Shown in pieces: positions 1-14,000 of a stretch of DNA of 64,000 nt (position 1 is its first letter; the number at the start of each line of letters is the position of its first letter). Origin of the DNA: Eledone cirrhosa (Eukaryota); the NCBI GenBank assembly GCA_964016885.1, contig OZ024740.1, forward strand, positions 390,042,001 through 390,106,000. The letters run 5' to 3'. The notes beneath the pieces are model-generated. The model was not told where the DNA came from. It worked only from the letters and a program-made list of their open reading frames with translations, and did not search any database. The translations under genes were made by a program, and so were the position numbers.

Positions 1-75
1 ACCTGCTAGATAATGTCCTATATGAGTGAGACATGGTCACCTGACCAATCTTGCCTCGAGTGGGACAATTCCCGT

Positions 76-121
76 CTAACCCATGTTAGTGTGGAAGATA
101 GACGTTAAATGATGATGATGA
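76..121 (-). mobile_element. Decayed RTE-type 3' terminus (ends in gatgatgatga)
   Basis: ctaacccatgttagtgtggaagatagacgttaaatgatgatgatga resembles the RTE 3' end at 9176-9228; it reads on + as written, and orientation of the larger element is uncertain. Confidence 0.35.
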
Positions 122-506
122 CTTGCCTCTCCTGCACTGATGATGATTGTGTGTGCATGTACATGTGAGATGAGGCACATGCACACAAACATAGACATAG
201 GTGTGTGTGTGTGTGTGTGTGGAGAAGGTGTGTAGGTGTGTATGTGTGGATGTATGCACATTCGTATGTGTGTTTGTGTATGAATGCCGTGTGTGTACAT
301 ATTTTTTTACATGTACCCTAAGTGACGTTTTTTCACAGGGGACTTTAATGAAGTATCACTGGCAGTGAGTTTCTGAAGGTTGAAGAATGAAGTAAAACCA
401 ACTTCAGAAAACTGAGTTCCAGTTTATGTATTTTATACAATATAGTATATGTATATAAATATATTTATGAATGTATATGTATGTGTATGTATATATGTTA
501 TTTCAG

Positions 507-680
507 GTATTGATCCATACTCAGTACGAGGTTCCCGAACTGGTGTATTTATTGGTGCCAGTGAATCAGAAGCTCATCAAGCTTGGTCTGCTGATGCTGA
601 GACAACTGTTGGATACCACATGACTGGATGTGCTCGTTCAATGTTTGCAAATAGACTTTCTTTCTATTTTGATTTCAAAG
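507..680 (+). CDS. FASN: FASN exon, KS domain
   Basis: tttcag|gt att gat...ttc aaa g|gtaat; [17 protein letters not shown]...[14 protein letters not shown]. Confidence 0.93.
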
Positions 681-700
681 GTAATAAATCTGTTAGAATG

Positions 701-731
<31 letters not shown>

Positions 732-3700
732 CCAAAATATTTCTTTCTTTGATTAGTTTCACACAAGCTTTCACAGTCCTTATGTAAGATTACTTAAAAT
801 TCTATTTCTTAGATGCTTTGAAAGTTTACATTTTGGTTCTCAGTATAGAGTTCCATCTAACACTATTTTGCAAATAGAACGTGGTTACTTCCCAGATTTT
901 GGGCTCTATTTCCATGTTTAAAACTTTTTCTTTAATTCTTCAGTTGTTTTGGCTATGAGAACTATATCATTGGCATACGAGATGCCACAGGCAGTCAGTC
1001 TTGAACTCTTCTGTTAAGGCTTGGATTACAATTACAAATAGTGTGTTGAGAACCATTCTCAGAAGAACCAATTGTTGATAGCTGTGCAAAATATCGACAA
1101 GGTTGCTATCACAAGTCATTCATCTACAACCAGTTTTCTTTGCCTTCACCAGACTATAGAGTATAGTTTACTGTCTCTTTCCTGGTAAAAAATTCTAGGT
1201 ATAATGATTACTTTTTGTTAGAAACTTCTGTAGTTATCTCACTAAAAGGAAAGTATCTGTAGTTCCTTCTCTTGGCCTAAACCATAATTGTATCTAATTT
1301 TAGCTAGAGAGGTAAGGAGATGGATAGGAGGGGATAGAGACTGTTAGTATAATGAATAATTTTGAATTATTTAATGTTTACGTTTGAAGGGCAGATTATA
1401 TGATGTTATATAACAGTGAGATGTGGTCTCTGAGTGCTGGAGATTTTTGCTGACTAAAGATTAAGGCGTGCATGTTCTGCTAGATGTGTAATGCTAGAAT
1501 ACATAAATGACAGCACTAATGAACAAAAATAAGTTGAATATGAGGAATCAAATGTAACATGCAAAAGAGATGATTGCACTGGTGTGGTCATGTAAAGCAT
1601 AAAGAGAGAGAGAGAGGTTGTATAAAAAAGTGTAAGTGCTTGAAGTAAAAGACTTGGGATGAAGTTGTAAAGAATGATCTCAAGAAACTGAACCTCATAA
1701 AGATGATGCAAGATCAAGTTGACTCATGATTTGCCAGTCTACAAAAGACCTACCCTGAATCTACAATGTGGAGAGGTTCTTTACTTAGCCAGCAGTGGAT
1801 GAGACTATCTTTGCCTCAAAGGAACATGCTGAGACAATATTAGTGCCATGTAATGTAGTTGGTGATCAAATGGAGCCTCTCTGTAAGTGTATAGAAGATT
1901 CTTTGGTCTGGTTGAGCATTTTACAACCTTATTAGTGCTGGTGGCATGGTAAAATGCTCCCACTACACTCTGTAAAGTGGTAGTGCTAGTGTCACAATAA
2001 AACACACAGTATACCTTGTAAGGTGGTTAATGTTAGGAAGGGCATCCAACTGTAGAAACCATGCTAAATGTGGAACATATGAACAAGATGGGATCTCTGA
2101 CTTGTCTAGTCTCAGACTGTGGCAACCTGTCCATCTCATACCAACATGGAAGGTGGATGTAAAATGATTTAACTGTAGGAAACATTCATTGAAAAAAGTG
2201 GTAAGATCTTAGAAAGTAAAGTCAGTTAATCAGTTTCAACCTCTCATCAATTCATATATTTCACTTTGCTTTGTAACTAACTCGATTTTTTTTTCTCTAC
2301 TGCTTTTAAAACAGAATTAAAAGAAATTATTTTAGATTTTTAATAAATTTCTGAAAATTTGTAATTGTATAAAGAATTTTATTACAAAATAAATAATTTC
2401 TAATTTATTTCATTCAAGGTCCAAGTTTTGTGATTGACACTGCATGTTCTTCAAGTTTGCTTGCTATGGATCAAGCCTTAATGAGTATACGGATGGGTTT
2501 GTGTGATGCTGCTCTTGTAGGAGGTACTAGTCTTTGTTTAAAACCAACTACCTCTCTACAATTTAAGAAGTTGAATATGGTTTCAGAGGAAGGATGTTCT
2601 AAATCCTTTGATGCATCAGGTAAATTAAGCCATTAATTCATTTTTTTTGCTCTATTTTTATTTTATTTTCACTATTATTTTAATATACTTTGTATTTAAG
2701 CTTTAGTCTGAAAAATAAAAACTTTGTTATTGTTTTTCAGCAAATGGTTATGTGCGTAGTGAAGCTGTTGTTGTAATTTTTCTACAGAAAGCTAAAAATG
2801 CAAAACGTATTTATGCCACTCTAGTACATTCTAAAAACAATGCTGATGGCAATAAAGAAAGAGGTAAATGAATTTTTTTCCTTTTACAATTAGGCTATGA
2901 GAGGGGCAGGTTGTATGATATTTGTGTGAAAAGTGTGGGACTTGAATATGGAGGATCAGTGAAGGATAGAGGGAATTGATGCTCCATTGAATGTGTAATG
3001 TTGGTGTGTATGAATGACAGCACAGTGAGTTTAGAGGAACTGAATAAGGGAGGAATCTGATGTAAGAAAAAGGAATATGCTGGTGATGGTATGTAATGTG
3101 TATACAAAATATCAGTTGAGTGCTGTAGGAGAGGGAGGATGTAGGACAGAGTGGCGAGGGATGGTTTTGGGTAGCTAAGCTTCACAAGGGAGCTGATTGT
3201 AGACCATGACATGTGGCAAGGAACTCACACAAGCATGAAAAAATAGATGTAAAAAATCTAGGTGATAGTAATGGAGGTTGGTATGATTAATATCTTCATT
3301 TAGGCCTTTTTAGTGAATTGGTCTGAACATATAATTTCTACCGACGTTTGAACAAATAATTTCTACCAACGTTTTGAAAAAGAAAATCATCTCTCTCGAC
3401 CAAATTTCATCATGAGCAACACATCGTTACCAGCGTATTCTGGCGATGCCAAATTGTGGTTCGCCCAGCTTGATGCGTATTTTGCGGTCAACAGAGTACA
3501 GGAAAATTAAATTTGATAGATATAATAAGGTTAACAAACTCGCTCGTGAGTTAACTGTCCGAGAGCCGGTTGCCAAATAAGCTAATATGTCTCTTTTCTC
3601 CCTCTATAATCCCTAGACCAGAATTTCAAGGAATCTTCTAGAATTCAACGGGAAGTAACTCCAATTAGTTTTTTCTCCCCTGGCAAGGTGGTGCTAGTCG

Positions 3701-4983
3701 CAACACCTTCATCTCAACCATCATGTTCATATGAAGTCGTCTACTTTTTTCATCCACTCTGTTACTTTTATCAGTCAACACCTTTCTCTTTTATCAATAC
3801 ACTTACTTACTATCATAATTTCTCTCACAAGTCACTTGTGTAATGAAGGATTGCATCACATATCTATTGGAATTTAATTTCCTCTTATCTCTATCCTTCT
3901 TTGTCTCTAGTTATTACTCTACTCCCTCCCATTACTTCCTCCTCAATCAGTGTTGTTGTCCATCATTCTTGCTCTCTAACTTTCAGTGCTACCACACTGT
4001 CACCTTTGACTTTCTCTTCCTTCATGCCACTCATGCTGTTTCTTAGCTGCTCAGTCCAGTAAAAAACATGGGTGCTATGCAGTGAGACTGCACTTGAAGC
4101 TATGTACTTTCAAAGTTAATTCTTTAACCACATTGCTATGATAATAATGCATCAGGACCTATTTGTCAAAGTTAAGGATTAAGATCTGGGATGTATAGGT
4201 TTTATGAATTTGTTTAGTAACACATTTTGTTATATTAGCATGATTCAAGAAGAGCGGTTCCAAATGTTTTGTTTTTTTTCCCTCGGGCATTTAAAAACAT
4301 TGAAGATATTTGATTTTAGTATATTTTCTGTATCTTGCCCATACTATTTAGTAAATATTTTCTATATATTATGTACAATCAAGAAATTGCCTTGTCTTCA
4401 CACTTCTCATGTTATCTGTTCAAACTCCTATCAACAGCCAACTTATAACTATTACTTGCCCTCTCCTCAATTACTCTCTCTCTTACCATCCCATCACACT
4501 ATTATTCATACATCTCTTCTTAGTTATTACATCCAGTCAATTTTCATTTTGTTGCATTTGCCTTGAAAGAATGTGGAGTAGAGAAGACTGTTTGCAGGGG
4601 ACAAGGCAAGCAACCCTTTAAGTGTCAAAGCCTTGTGATAGCTTAGTAACAATATTGGGTATAAAGGACTCTTCAATCATGTCTAGAGCATTTGTTCCTT
4701 AGTGCTGGTTCTATAGTAAACTGTACACTGTAAAGTGGTTGATTATAGAAAGAGTATCCAACTATAGAATTTATACCAAAAATGGTATGCACGTGAGTCT
4801 CTTAACCCTTTAAGGCAGACGTAAAAGGATGATGATGAATCACTGCTAAATAGAAAGCTTTTGGTATACCAAATCTTCGATTTGGTTTTTGGTTGTAACT
4901 ATCTCACATTACTTCAAAAGTTTGATCAATTTAGTATGTTTATTCATACTTTTAAGATATAAGTGAAATATTGGTTGCATCTT

Positions 4984-5022
<39 letters not shown>

Positions 5023-8000
5023 TTTTTCAGGTATCACATTTCCTTCTGGAGATATTCAGAAAAAATTAATTACAGAAGTATATTCAGAAGCTGGAGTTGA
5101 TCCTAAGAATGTGGCATATGTTGAAGCTCATGGTACTGGAACACAAGCAGGAGATCCTCAAGAACTAAACAGCATTACTGATGTATTTTGTAAAGGAAGA
5201 GATGGGCCATTGTTGATTGGTTCAACAAAATCTAACATGGGTCATCCTGAACCTGCCTCGGGTAAAATCATATTTGATGTTATTTTACGATGTTGTTATT
5301 TTACGAAGGTATTTCAGCTCCCTACCTCACATCTACTTGTTATTCTCCTACCATGCTGACTCTGTCTATTTTTCCATCAAAGGCTACAGGCCATGACTGG
5401 CTATTATTGTTGATGTATTCTATCGGCTACTTTGCTATGCGGCGACCCTCTCTCTCTATGATGGCTACCCTCCCCCCCTCTATCTTTCTCTCTATGATGG
5501 CTACCCTCTCTCTATCTCTAAGCCACCCATTACCTCCCATTCCCTCTTCACCCATTCCACCTCACTCATCTTGAAGCTATTGAAGAGATAAGACACTCTA
5601 TTCTGAAAGGCTAAAATGAATCACTAGAGTTGATTTGGCTTCGTTCCAGTCATCCATCTTGATGGCGACCCTCTCTCCCTACCTCACAATTTCCCTCCCA
5701 CCACCATAGCCTATTCGACCAATCGAATCTCAGCATGCCATTTCTTCTGCTACTACTACCTAACTAACTCTCTCCTCCCCTGCCCCAGCCCAAACCCTGC
5801 CATTATCCCACCACCACTGTTCTTCTAGCCCTGAATTTTCCTACCGTTATGGATGGATGAGCTGAGAATAAATTTGAATAACTCTGAATTAGTAGATGAA
5901 ATATGAATCTGCGAGCTACCAAGCACCCATGTGAAGCGCCAATCCAGAGACCCTTCCCTACGAGTGTCGACAAATGCCCAAAACTCCGAGTTGGTACCAT
6001 CAATGTAGGCTCAATTAAAGGAAGAGCAGGAGAAATCGTAGAAATGCTAGAGCGAAAGGAAATTGATGTATGCTGTGTGCAAGAAACTAGATGGAGAGGA
6101 GAGTCTGCTAGAGTCCGTGTAGGAAAAAGTCGGTGCTACACATTTTTCTGGGTGGGAAATGACGATGGGATGGGTGGTGTAGGTATATTACTAGCTGACA
6201 AGTGGGTGGATAAAGTAATCTCAGTGTACAGGGTAAATGCAAGAATCATTAAACTCAGACTAGTCCTGAATAAAACAATTACCACAATAATATCAGCTTA
6301 CGCACCCCAATCGGGGCTGCCAGACGAACTTAAGGATAGGTTTTACGAGTCCCTAATGCACACTACTGCTCTAACAGACGACAATGACTTCCTAATCATC
6401 ACAGGAGATTTTAACGGACACGTAGGTAAACACTGCGACGGCTTCAATAGAGTACATGGAGGCCATGGGGTTGGCACAAGAAATGAGGAAGGATTCAGAC
6501 TTCTAAAATTCTGCGACACCAATGACATGTCGATATGTAACACAAACTTTAAAAAACCCGACAACCACCTGATCACCTATAGATCAGGGGAACACTCTAG
6601 TCAGATAGATTTTATCCTCATCAGAGGACGTGACAGATGGACGGTCGTAAACACAAAAGCCTTCCCTAGTGAGGAATGTACATCTCAACATAGCTTAGTT
6701 GTCAGCGACCTCAAAGTCTGAAACAGAGGCCAACCTGGAGAAGAAAGATCTGGAAGCTGAAAGACCCCTCAACCAGTAACAAATTTAAAGATATTTTACT
6801 CAACGCCTACGACAGTAAAGAAGAACAGATAGACATTCAATGTAGAAGAAAACTGGGAGTTCCTAAAAAATAACTTACTAGAGGCGACGGATGAGGTCTG
6901 TGGCTGGTGTAAGACCTCAAGCAGGAGGAGTGACTTGGTGGTGGAACAATAAGGTAGATGAGGCAGTTAAGGCCAAGAGACGGGCATGGAAAGAATGGAA
7001 GAACGGGGGGAGCAGGGTACATTACATAGAGACCAAGAGGGAAGCTAGGCGACAAGTATACTTAGCTAGGAGGGAAGCAGAGGATAGAAAATTCAAGCAT
7101 GTTTTGCAACGTGAGCACCAGAAACAGGGAGAGAAGTGTATCCGGAATGATAAAGGTGAGCTTGCCATCACAAGTGCTTAGAAGAAAGATGCATGGAAGA
7201 GTCATTATGACAGATTACTAAATGAGGAGAATGCATGGGAAGAAGAGACCCTACCCGAAGTAGACCCTATAGAGGGGCCAGCAGCAACGTAGTAAGTAAG
7301 GCAATCAAAGATATGAAGATGGGGAAGGCAACCGGTCCATCGGGTATAGCTGCCGAGATGCTGAAGGCATCTGGGTCTGTAGGTCACACGTATTGTTAAC
7401 CAGGTAATACTGGAAGGTGTCATACCAAAAGATTGGTGCAGTAGCATCATTGTCAACTGCTACAAAGGTAAAGGTAATGCACTAGATAGAGGAAACTATA
7501 GAGGTATAAAGCTGATGGATCAGGTCATGAAAGTAACAGAAAGAGTTATAGCACAGTTGATTAGGGACCGGGTGAAACTAGATGAGATGCAATTTGGGTT
7601 TGTACCAGGAAGAGGCACCACTGATGCCCTCTTTCTCGTGAGGCAGTTACAGGAAAAGTACCTAGCTAAAAGTAAGCCATTCTACCTGGCATTTGTTGAC
7701 CTTGAGAAAGCTTTTGACAGAGTTCCACGTGCAGTAATCTGGTGGGCTCTTAGAAAACTAGGAGTAGATGAATGGCTTGTGAAAGCTGTACAAGCCATGT
7801 ATAGAGGAGCAGTCAGCAAAGTTAGAATTAGCAATGAGTATAGCGAGGAATTTAGTGTACAGGTTGGTGTCCACCAGGGCTCTGTTCTTAGCCCCTCCTT
7901 TTCATCATAGTCCTGCAGGCAATAAAGGAGAAGTTTAAGACCGGATGCCCATGGGAACTCCTGTATGCTGATGACTTCGCACTTATAGCTGACTCTATGG

Positions 8001-11000
8001 TAGAACTAGAGAAGAAATTCCAAACTTGGAAGCAGGGACTAGAAAGAAAGGGTCTCAAAGTCAACATGACAAAGACTAAGGTCCTTGTAAGTAGACGAGA
8101 AAACAGAACCCAGATCCCCTCAGGAAAATGGCCTTGCTCAGTATGTAGGAAAGGTGTAGGTAGGAACTCCATTCTCTGCCCCAAATGCAAACAATGGGTA
8201 CACAAGAGATGTAGCGGGATCTCAGGAAGCTTAATTAAGAATGTAGGCTTCACTTGCAGCAGCTGTGCTGGGACAGCAAGCAGCAAACAGCCACAGGAAA
8301 CAAGTACCACCAATCTCTGGGAGGGCTCTGTAGAAACAGTAGACAGCTTCTGCTACCTAGGTGACCGAATTAGCAGCGGAGGTGGGTGTTCAGAAAGTAC
8401 AATAACTAGGGTAAGAACGGGATGGAACAAGTTTAGGGAACTACTACCACTGCTAGCTGCAAAAGGCTTCTCCCTCAAAATGAAAGGCAGACTGTATGAT
8501 GCGTGTATCCGAACAGCGATGTTGCATGGTAGTGAGACCTGGGCAGTGAAGGTGGAAGACTTACGTAGATTAGAGAGAAACGAAGCCTGCATGCTCCGAT
8601 GGATGTGTAACAGTAATATACGCGAACGACAAAGCATAAATGAATTGAGAGAGAGACTGAGCATAAGAGGAATCAAATGCTGTGTGCAAGAGAGGCGGTT
8701 GCGCTGGTATGGACATGTGATGCGTATGAAGGATGACAGCTGCATAAAAAGGTGCAGAGCACTAGAAGTCGATGGAAACCGCGGAGTGTGGAGACCCAAG
8801 ATGACCTGGGATGAGGTGATAAAAGCCGACCTTACCCAATTACACCTCTCAAAGGCGATGACACACGACCATGACCTCTGGCGTCACGCATTAATACAGA
8901 GTACCCGACCTCCCATGGGTACAAGCTGAAGCATATAGACAATATGCCCCCACACCCCCCACCGCAAGGTGGTCGTGGAGGTGCCACGGCAAAAAAGCAC
9001 CCAGCCCACACTGTAAAGTGGACGTGTAGGCGCTACGAAAAAGCACCCAGCACTCACTATAAATGAGGTTGGTGTTAGGAAGGGCATCCAACTGTAGAAA
9101 TCAAGCCAAATCAGTTCCTGTATGAGCAAGGCATGGTCAGCCGACCAGACACTGCCCACAACAGGACAACCCGTCTAACCCATGCTAGCGTGGAAGAACG
9201 GACGTAAAACGGTGATGATGGTGATGATTTTCTGAGAGCTGTGAATGAGGGGTACAGGGAATGTATCCTGTCACTGTTGTATTTTCTTCAGAACCATAAG
9301 ACATCTTCTGTACTGGCTGGATATACTTAACTGAAAGTAAATTCTGTAAGTGATATAGTTTGCTATTATAAAGCAAAAACAGCAGTGTGAAGTTGCAAAA
9401 TATTTAATTGGCTTGAAAAAGTCAGAAAAAAATTACCCCAATATAACAGCATCTTATCCATTGGGAACATTTAACTTTTGGTTCAATACTACAGAAATTT
9501 GAATTCAGAAAGGAATAACTTAATTTCATCATTAAGCCATTCATTACTATATTTCCCTATTTTGAAAAAAATTGTGAGAGATTTAGTAATATAACTGTCT
9601 CATTAAGTTGGTGTTTTGTACATATCTTAATTTCTGACTGAAAATTATGATGGGAAGTTTTTGGTTAAATATTAAACGCTTTAAAATAAGCAGTTCTATG
9701 TTGTAGAAACAGGGTCGGTTTCAAGCAGTTGAGTATCAAAAGGATTAATCTGTGTGTATTTCATGTTTCATATGTATATTACAGCAAAAAGTCTTTTCAG
9801 CTCTCAAATTCATTGTTAAGCATTAATTTATATGTATTAACTCTGACTAGCTCCTATATAAGTAGACATATATCACAAGTAGCCAATTAATTGCTTTTAA
9901 GCAACTTATAGGTCTATCATCTTGAGTAATCCACAATGTTGTTTGGGCTGAACTTCATGGCAGTCCATTTTTGTGTATCGTGCTATTTTTAGATTTGAGA
10001 CTTAAAAATTATGTAGTTCCTATTTTAACCCTTTAACCCTTTAGCATACATATTGAATTGTCAAATGTCATGTTCATCTATTCGCATTATTTTCACTTAA
10101 TTATACTCAAGAGGGTTATCAATTTTATTTGTTTGTAATTACTTTAATTTTCTATGTGCAGACTTGAAATTTTGTCAGATGTTTAAAGAACTATAATTTA
10201 CAATTATATATTTTTACCTGATTTTTTTTTGTTAAATTTGACTTTTATGGGCAGGTGAAATTAATTAACAGGTGTAAAAGTAATAACTTTATGGATAAAC
10301 ACAAAAATTAAAACTTTATTTGCCTTACCGGTTAGATTTGTTGCAAAAAAATCCAATAATGATCTAGATGCTGATTTCCATCAATTCTAGCAGTTTTCCG
10401 AACAGGTGAATTAATTAAAAATGCAGGTGTAATCAGTACAAGGTCTTTCTCTACATTCCAGGCAAATATTTTCATTGAAAAAAATGTATAAAACCTTTTC
10501 ACCAGTCAAAATAATATTGGCAATGTACTCTTACACAATGTACGGTGTAAAATTACGTAACAGAATGTTCCCAATATATAAGTTCATTAACAGGTGTGAT
10601 GCAGGTGTGTCACAGGTGAATGCAGGTGTTTTTGTATATGTGTGCTAATATATTTTTAAAATATTGTTTTCAATATTGTCAGACAATATTTCTATCCTGA
10701 TACTGCCCAAAGCACCCTTTACATAATGGCACTTTGCAAAAGGAACACATAAATAGGGTTTGGATTGCGTAACCTTTAACAGTTTTTCTCTTTTGCAAAG
10801 AGCACAATCGGCAAACCTTCCTCCTACCATCAATTCTCTCCACTTTATGAAAATCAATATTTTCTTTGTGGACCACTGCTAATTTTGATTTTTTTTTTTT
10901 TCCCAGCTTTGTGTTTGCGAGAAGTATATCCCCCACGTAGCTGGGATGCAATGTCCACGCAAAATTTCATATGGCAGTAGTCCTTTGGTGGTGGCGGATC

Positions 11001-14000
11001 CTTGTGGCTTTTAGTAAATACAATAAAAGAATTCACAATGGTTAAATTCACTAAAAACCACAAGATGTATCTCCACCATTTCTTTCCAGGGCGTCCAACT
11101 GGGTAATACGCGCAATATTGGTCGGATTTGTCAACCCCACCCATATATTTATTGTAGGAGAGGTTAACTAAAGGTCTACCCTCAGCCCCAACACCTGGTT
11201 GTTGGTTAGAACTCGGGAACAAAATTTGCCGTTTGTCTTTGAACACTGTGGCTAACATGTTCTCTTTTTGCATTTGGAGAATGTCTTCTCTGTTTTTTAG
11301 TTTCGCCACTTTTATTTCTTGGGGTAGCCCTTTCCGATTGCTCATTATTGTGCCGCAGGTGTATGTATTTACAAGGGCAAGATCCTCTGGTAAAAGCACC
11401 GAAGAAAAAAAACGATCAAAATAAATATGTCTGTGTTGAAAGTGAAAGGGTTGAGTCAGCGACCACACAACATCGTAACCCAACCCGTGTTTTCTCTCTC
11501 CGTTAAGTTTTTTTCCTGTGTAAACATCAAAGTTTACACAGTATCCCGTGTCCAATTCACACAGTTCCCACACTTTGATGCCCCATTTGGTGGGTTTAGC
11601 TGGCATATACTGTCTGAAATGAACCCTACCCTTATACCCAATCATAGCTTCATCAACACTAAGATTTTTTTCCAAGTATAGACATACTTTTAAATTTTTC
11701 TGTCAACATTTCAATTAATGGTCGTACTTTGTACAGTGGGTCGTAATTCGATTCATTTCTACCAGGGGCATTTGTAGTATCAACCAGATGCAAATACTGG
11801 TTTAATTTTATAAATCTCGTTTTTGCCATAATACTAGATATATAAGGGTCACCAAACCTTATATCAGTACTCCAATAATTCCACAGTCGTGGAAATTGTT
11901 TAATACCAAACATAATGTTTATGGTAAAAAACGCTTTCATTTCGGCAGAATCTGTCGGACGCCATAACAGATCAGGTTTTCCTCGGTTAGAAATTTGTTG
12001 TTGTGCATAGTGATTTGTCTCTTCTGCCACAACTTCGAAGAAAGTTTGTGGTAAAAATAAAAAAAAATAATCCAGTGCTTTAGCATCAGGTGGTAATGTG
12101 TGTTGTGGTCCAGTATTTTCATTAAAATCTGAAACATGTATCGGTGTTGTTTCTTTCAACCACGTTGGTGTTTTTTCAATGGTGTCAGATATATCTTCGC
12201 TTTCACTTTCAAAGTGACTATCATCATCAGATATATCAGAAATAAATATCTGATTCATTTGAAGATAAATCACTGATATTATCTTGTTTCTTTTTTTATC
12301 TTGAATGTCGTAGGATGTAAAACCTTCAAATTCGTTGTCGCTACTTTTGGAAGCCATGTTACAATTTCAAAGTTAAAAACACGTGTTATCGCAAGGTCTT
12401 TAACTATACTAAGAGTTAATTTTTGCGCATAAGGGCTTTATCTCGCTGTAATCTCGAATTGACGAGATTTTGATGATGTCAATGTTTATTTTTAGAAGGA
12501 GATCTACGTGTGGTCTGAAATGTCGGTTTTTGTCGGTTTGAATAAATGAAAGGGGACATAATCTTGTCGGTTTTTGTCACTTTGAACGCTAAAGGGTTAA
12601 TGTTCAAACCGGCCAGAATTCTCTACCTCTTTCTGTTGAAACTGGCTGTAACTGGTCGCTCAAACTGATGTTACGGTATTGTTCTCAAAATAAATACTTT
12701 CAAAATCTCATAGATTCAATACTATGTGAGATAATTATGTGAGGTAAAGCCTTTACGATGAAAATATAATAGTATATATAGAGTAATGTGAATGCTAAAG
12801 GGTTAAAGATAGTGGAAAGTTCGTGCAAGTAGGTTTGACTGTTACATTACAAAGATTTAGAAAATTTCCATAACTGGTTTGTGACTTTAAAGTTCTGAAT
12901 ATTGTTAGAGAAGAATCTATTTGTAAACTTTCGTAAACTTATTTTCATAAAAAATTTAGATTCAAGACTATTGAGGAAGTAATAGATTGTTGGCAATAGG
13001 ACTTATTTTAAGTGAGCATAATTTTCAGTTAATAACAGACCAGGTTGTTTTAAAAGATACTTAATTAAATTTATGAAACATATATCATCGTCATGTTCCT
13101 GCAACTGGTGCAGCCAATTGTTGGGGGTGTCCTCTAGGCGCTTTTGCAGTCACTTGTCGCCATTCATCTCTATTCTCTGTCATGCATAGAAGCGTCTTGG
13201 TGTTGTGACTAGTCCAGTCTTTGATGTCGGACCAGGATTTTCTTTGTCTGCCTCATCTTTGCCATCCCTTGATTGCCCTGAAAGATGGTTTTGGACAAAT
13301 TGTGGTGGGATATATGACTATACCAGGCAAACTTCCATTTTTTCACTATTGCAAGGAGTGGTTCTTGTCTGCCAGCATATTTAACTTGCTGCCTGACAAA
13401 GCTGTTTGCTTTGTACTCCATGTGTAGCATCCTTCTGAATCACTTGTACTCAAATTCTTTGTTCCATGTCAGCTGTGAGAGTCCAACTCTCAAACTCATG
13501 CAAAAAGGGTCGAAATCACCAAGGACTTGTATAGTTGGAGCTTCATTGGAAAACTGATGCAGTTGCTTTTCCATATGATGTTCAGCTTTCCCTTGGCAGA
13601 GGTGACCAAGGCGAGTCTTGTCAGTATCATTTTTTGAGATCTGCCATCTTTGGTCAGAGTGGATTCTCTGTACTTGACGATGTCCACGTTCAAGTACCTA
13701 GGAATCATATATAGAAATCAGTAAATAAATTTAGTGCCTCCGTCGACTTATGGTCTTGAAATGGTTTGGTCTACTTCTCATACTTTGAACATTAACCAAA
13801 GAAAAACAATAGCTACATTTGAACACTACATTTGAACACATACAATTTATCTGAGATTAATATGTGGATTTTGAATATCAAATAGAGTTGGAAGGTATCT
13901 TCTTAAGAATAAGAAAATATATATTGCTTTTTTTACCTTTTAAAAGAACGTTAGTGTCATTCACTTGGAAATTAGTTTCAAAACTTTAACTTTGTTTTTT

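Larger units (their letters stand above)
10029..12802. mobile_element. TTAA-specific MITE (about 210 bp) interrupted by the piggyBac
   Basis: Outer TTAA at 10025-10028 and 12803-12806; 12601-12802 is the reverse complement of the MITE at 21509-21740 and ends atgctaaaggg. Confidence 0.8.

Noticed and set aside
5598-9250. TSD for RTE family A (ttctgaaaggct vs ttctgagagct)
   Set aside because: Match too weak to define the 5' boundary.
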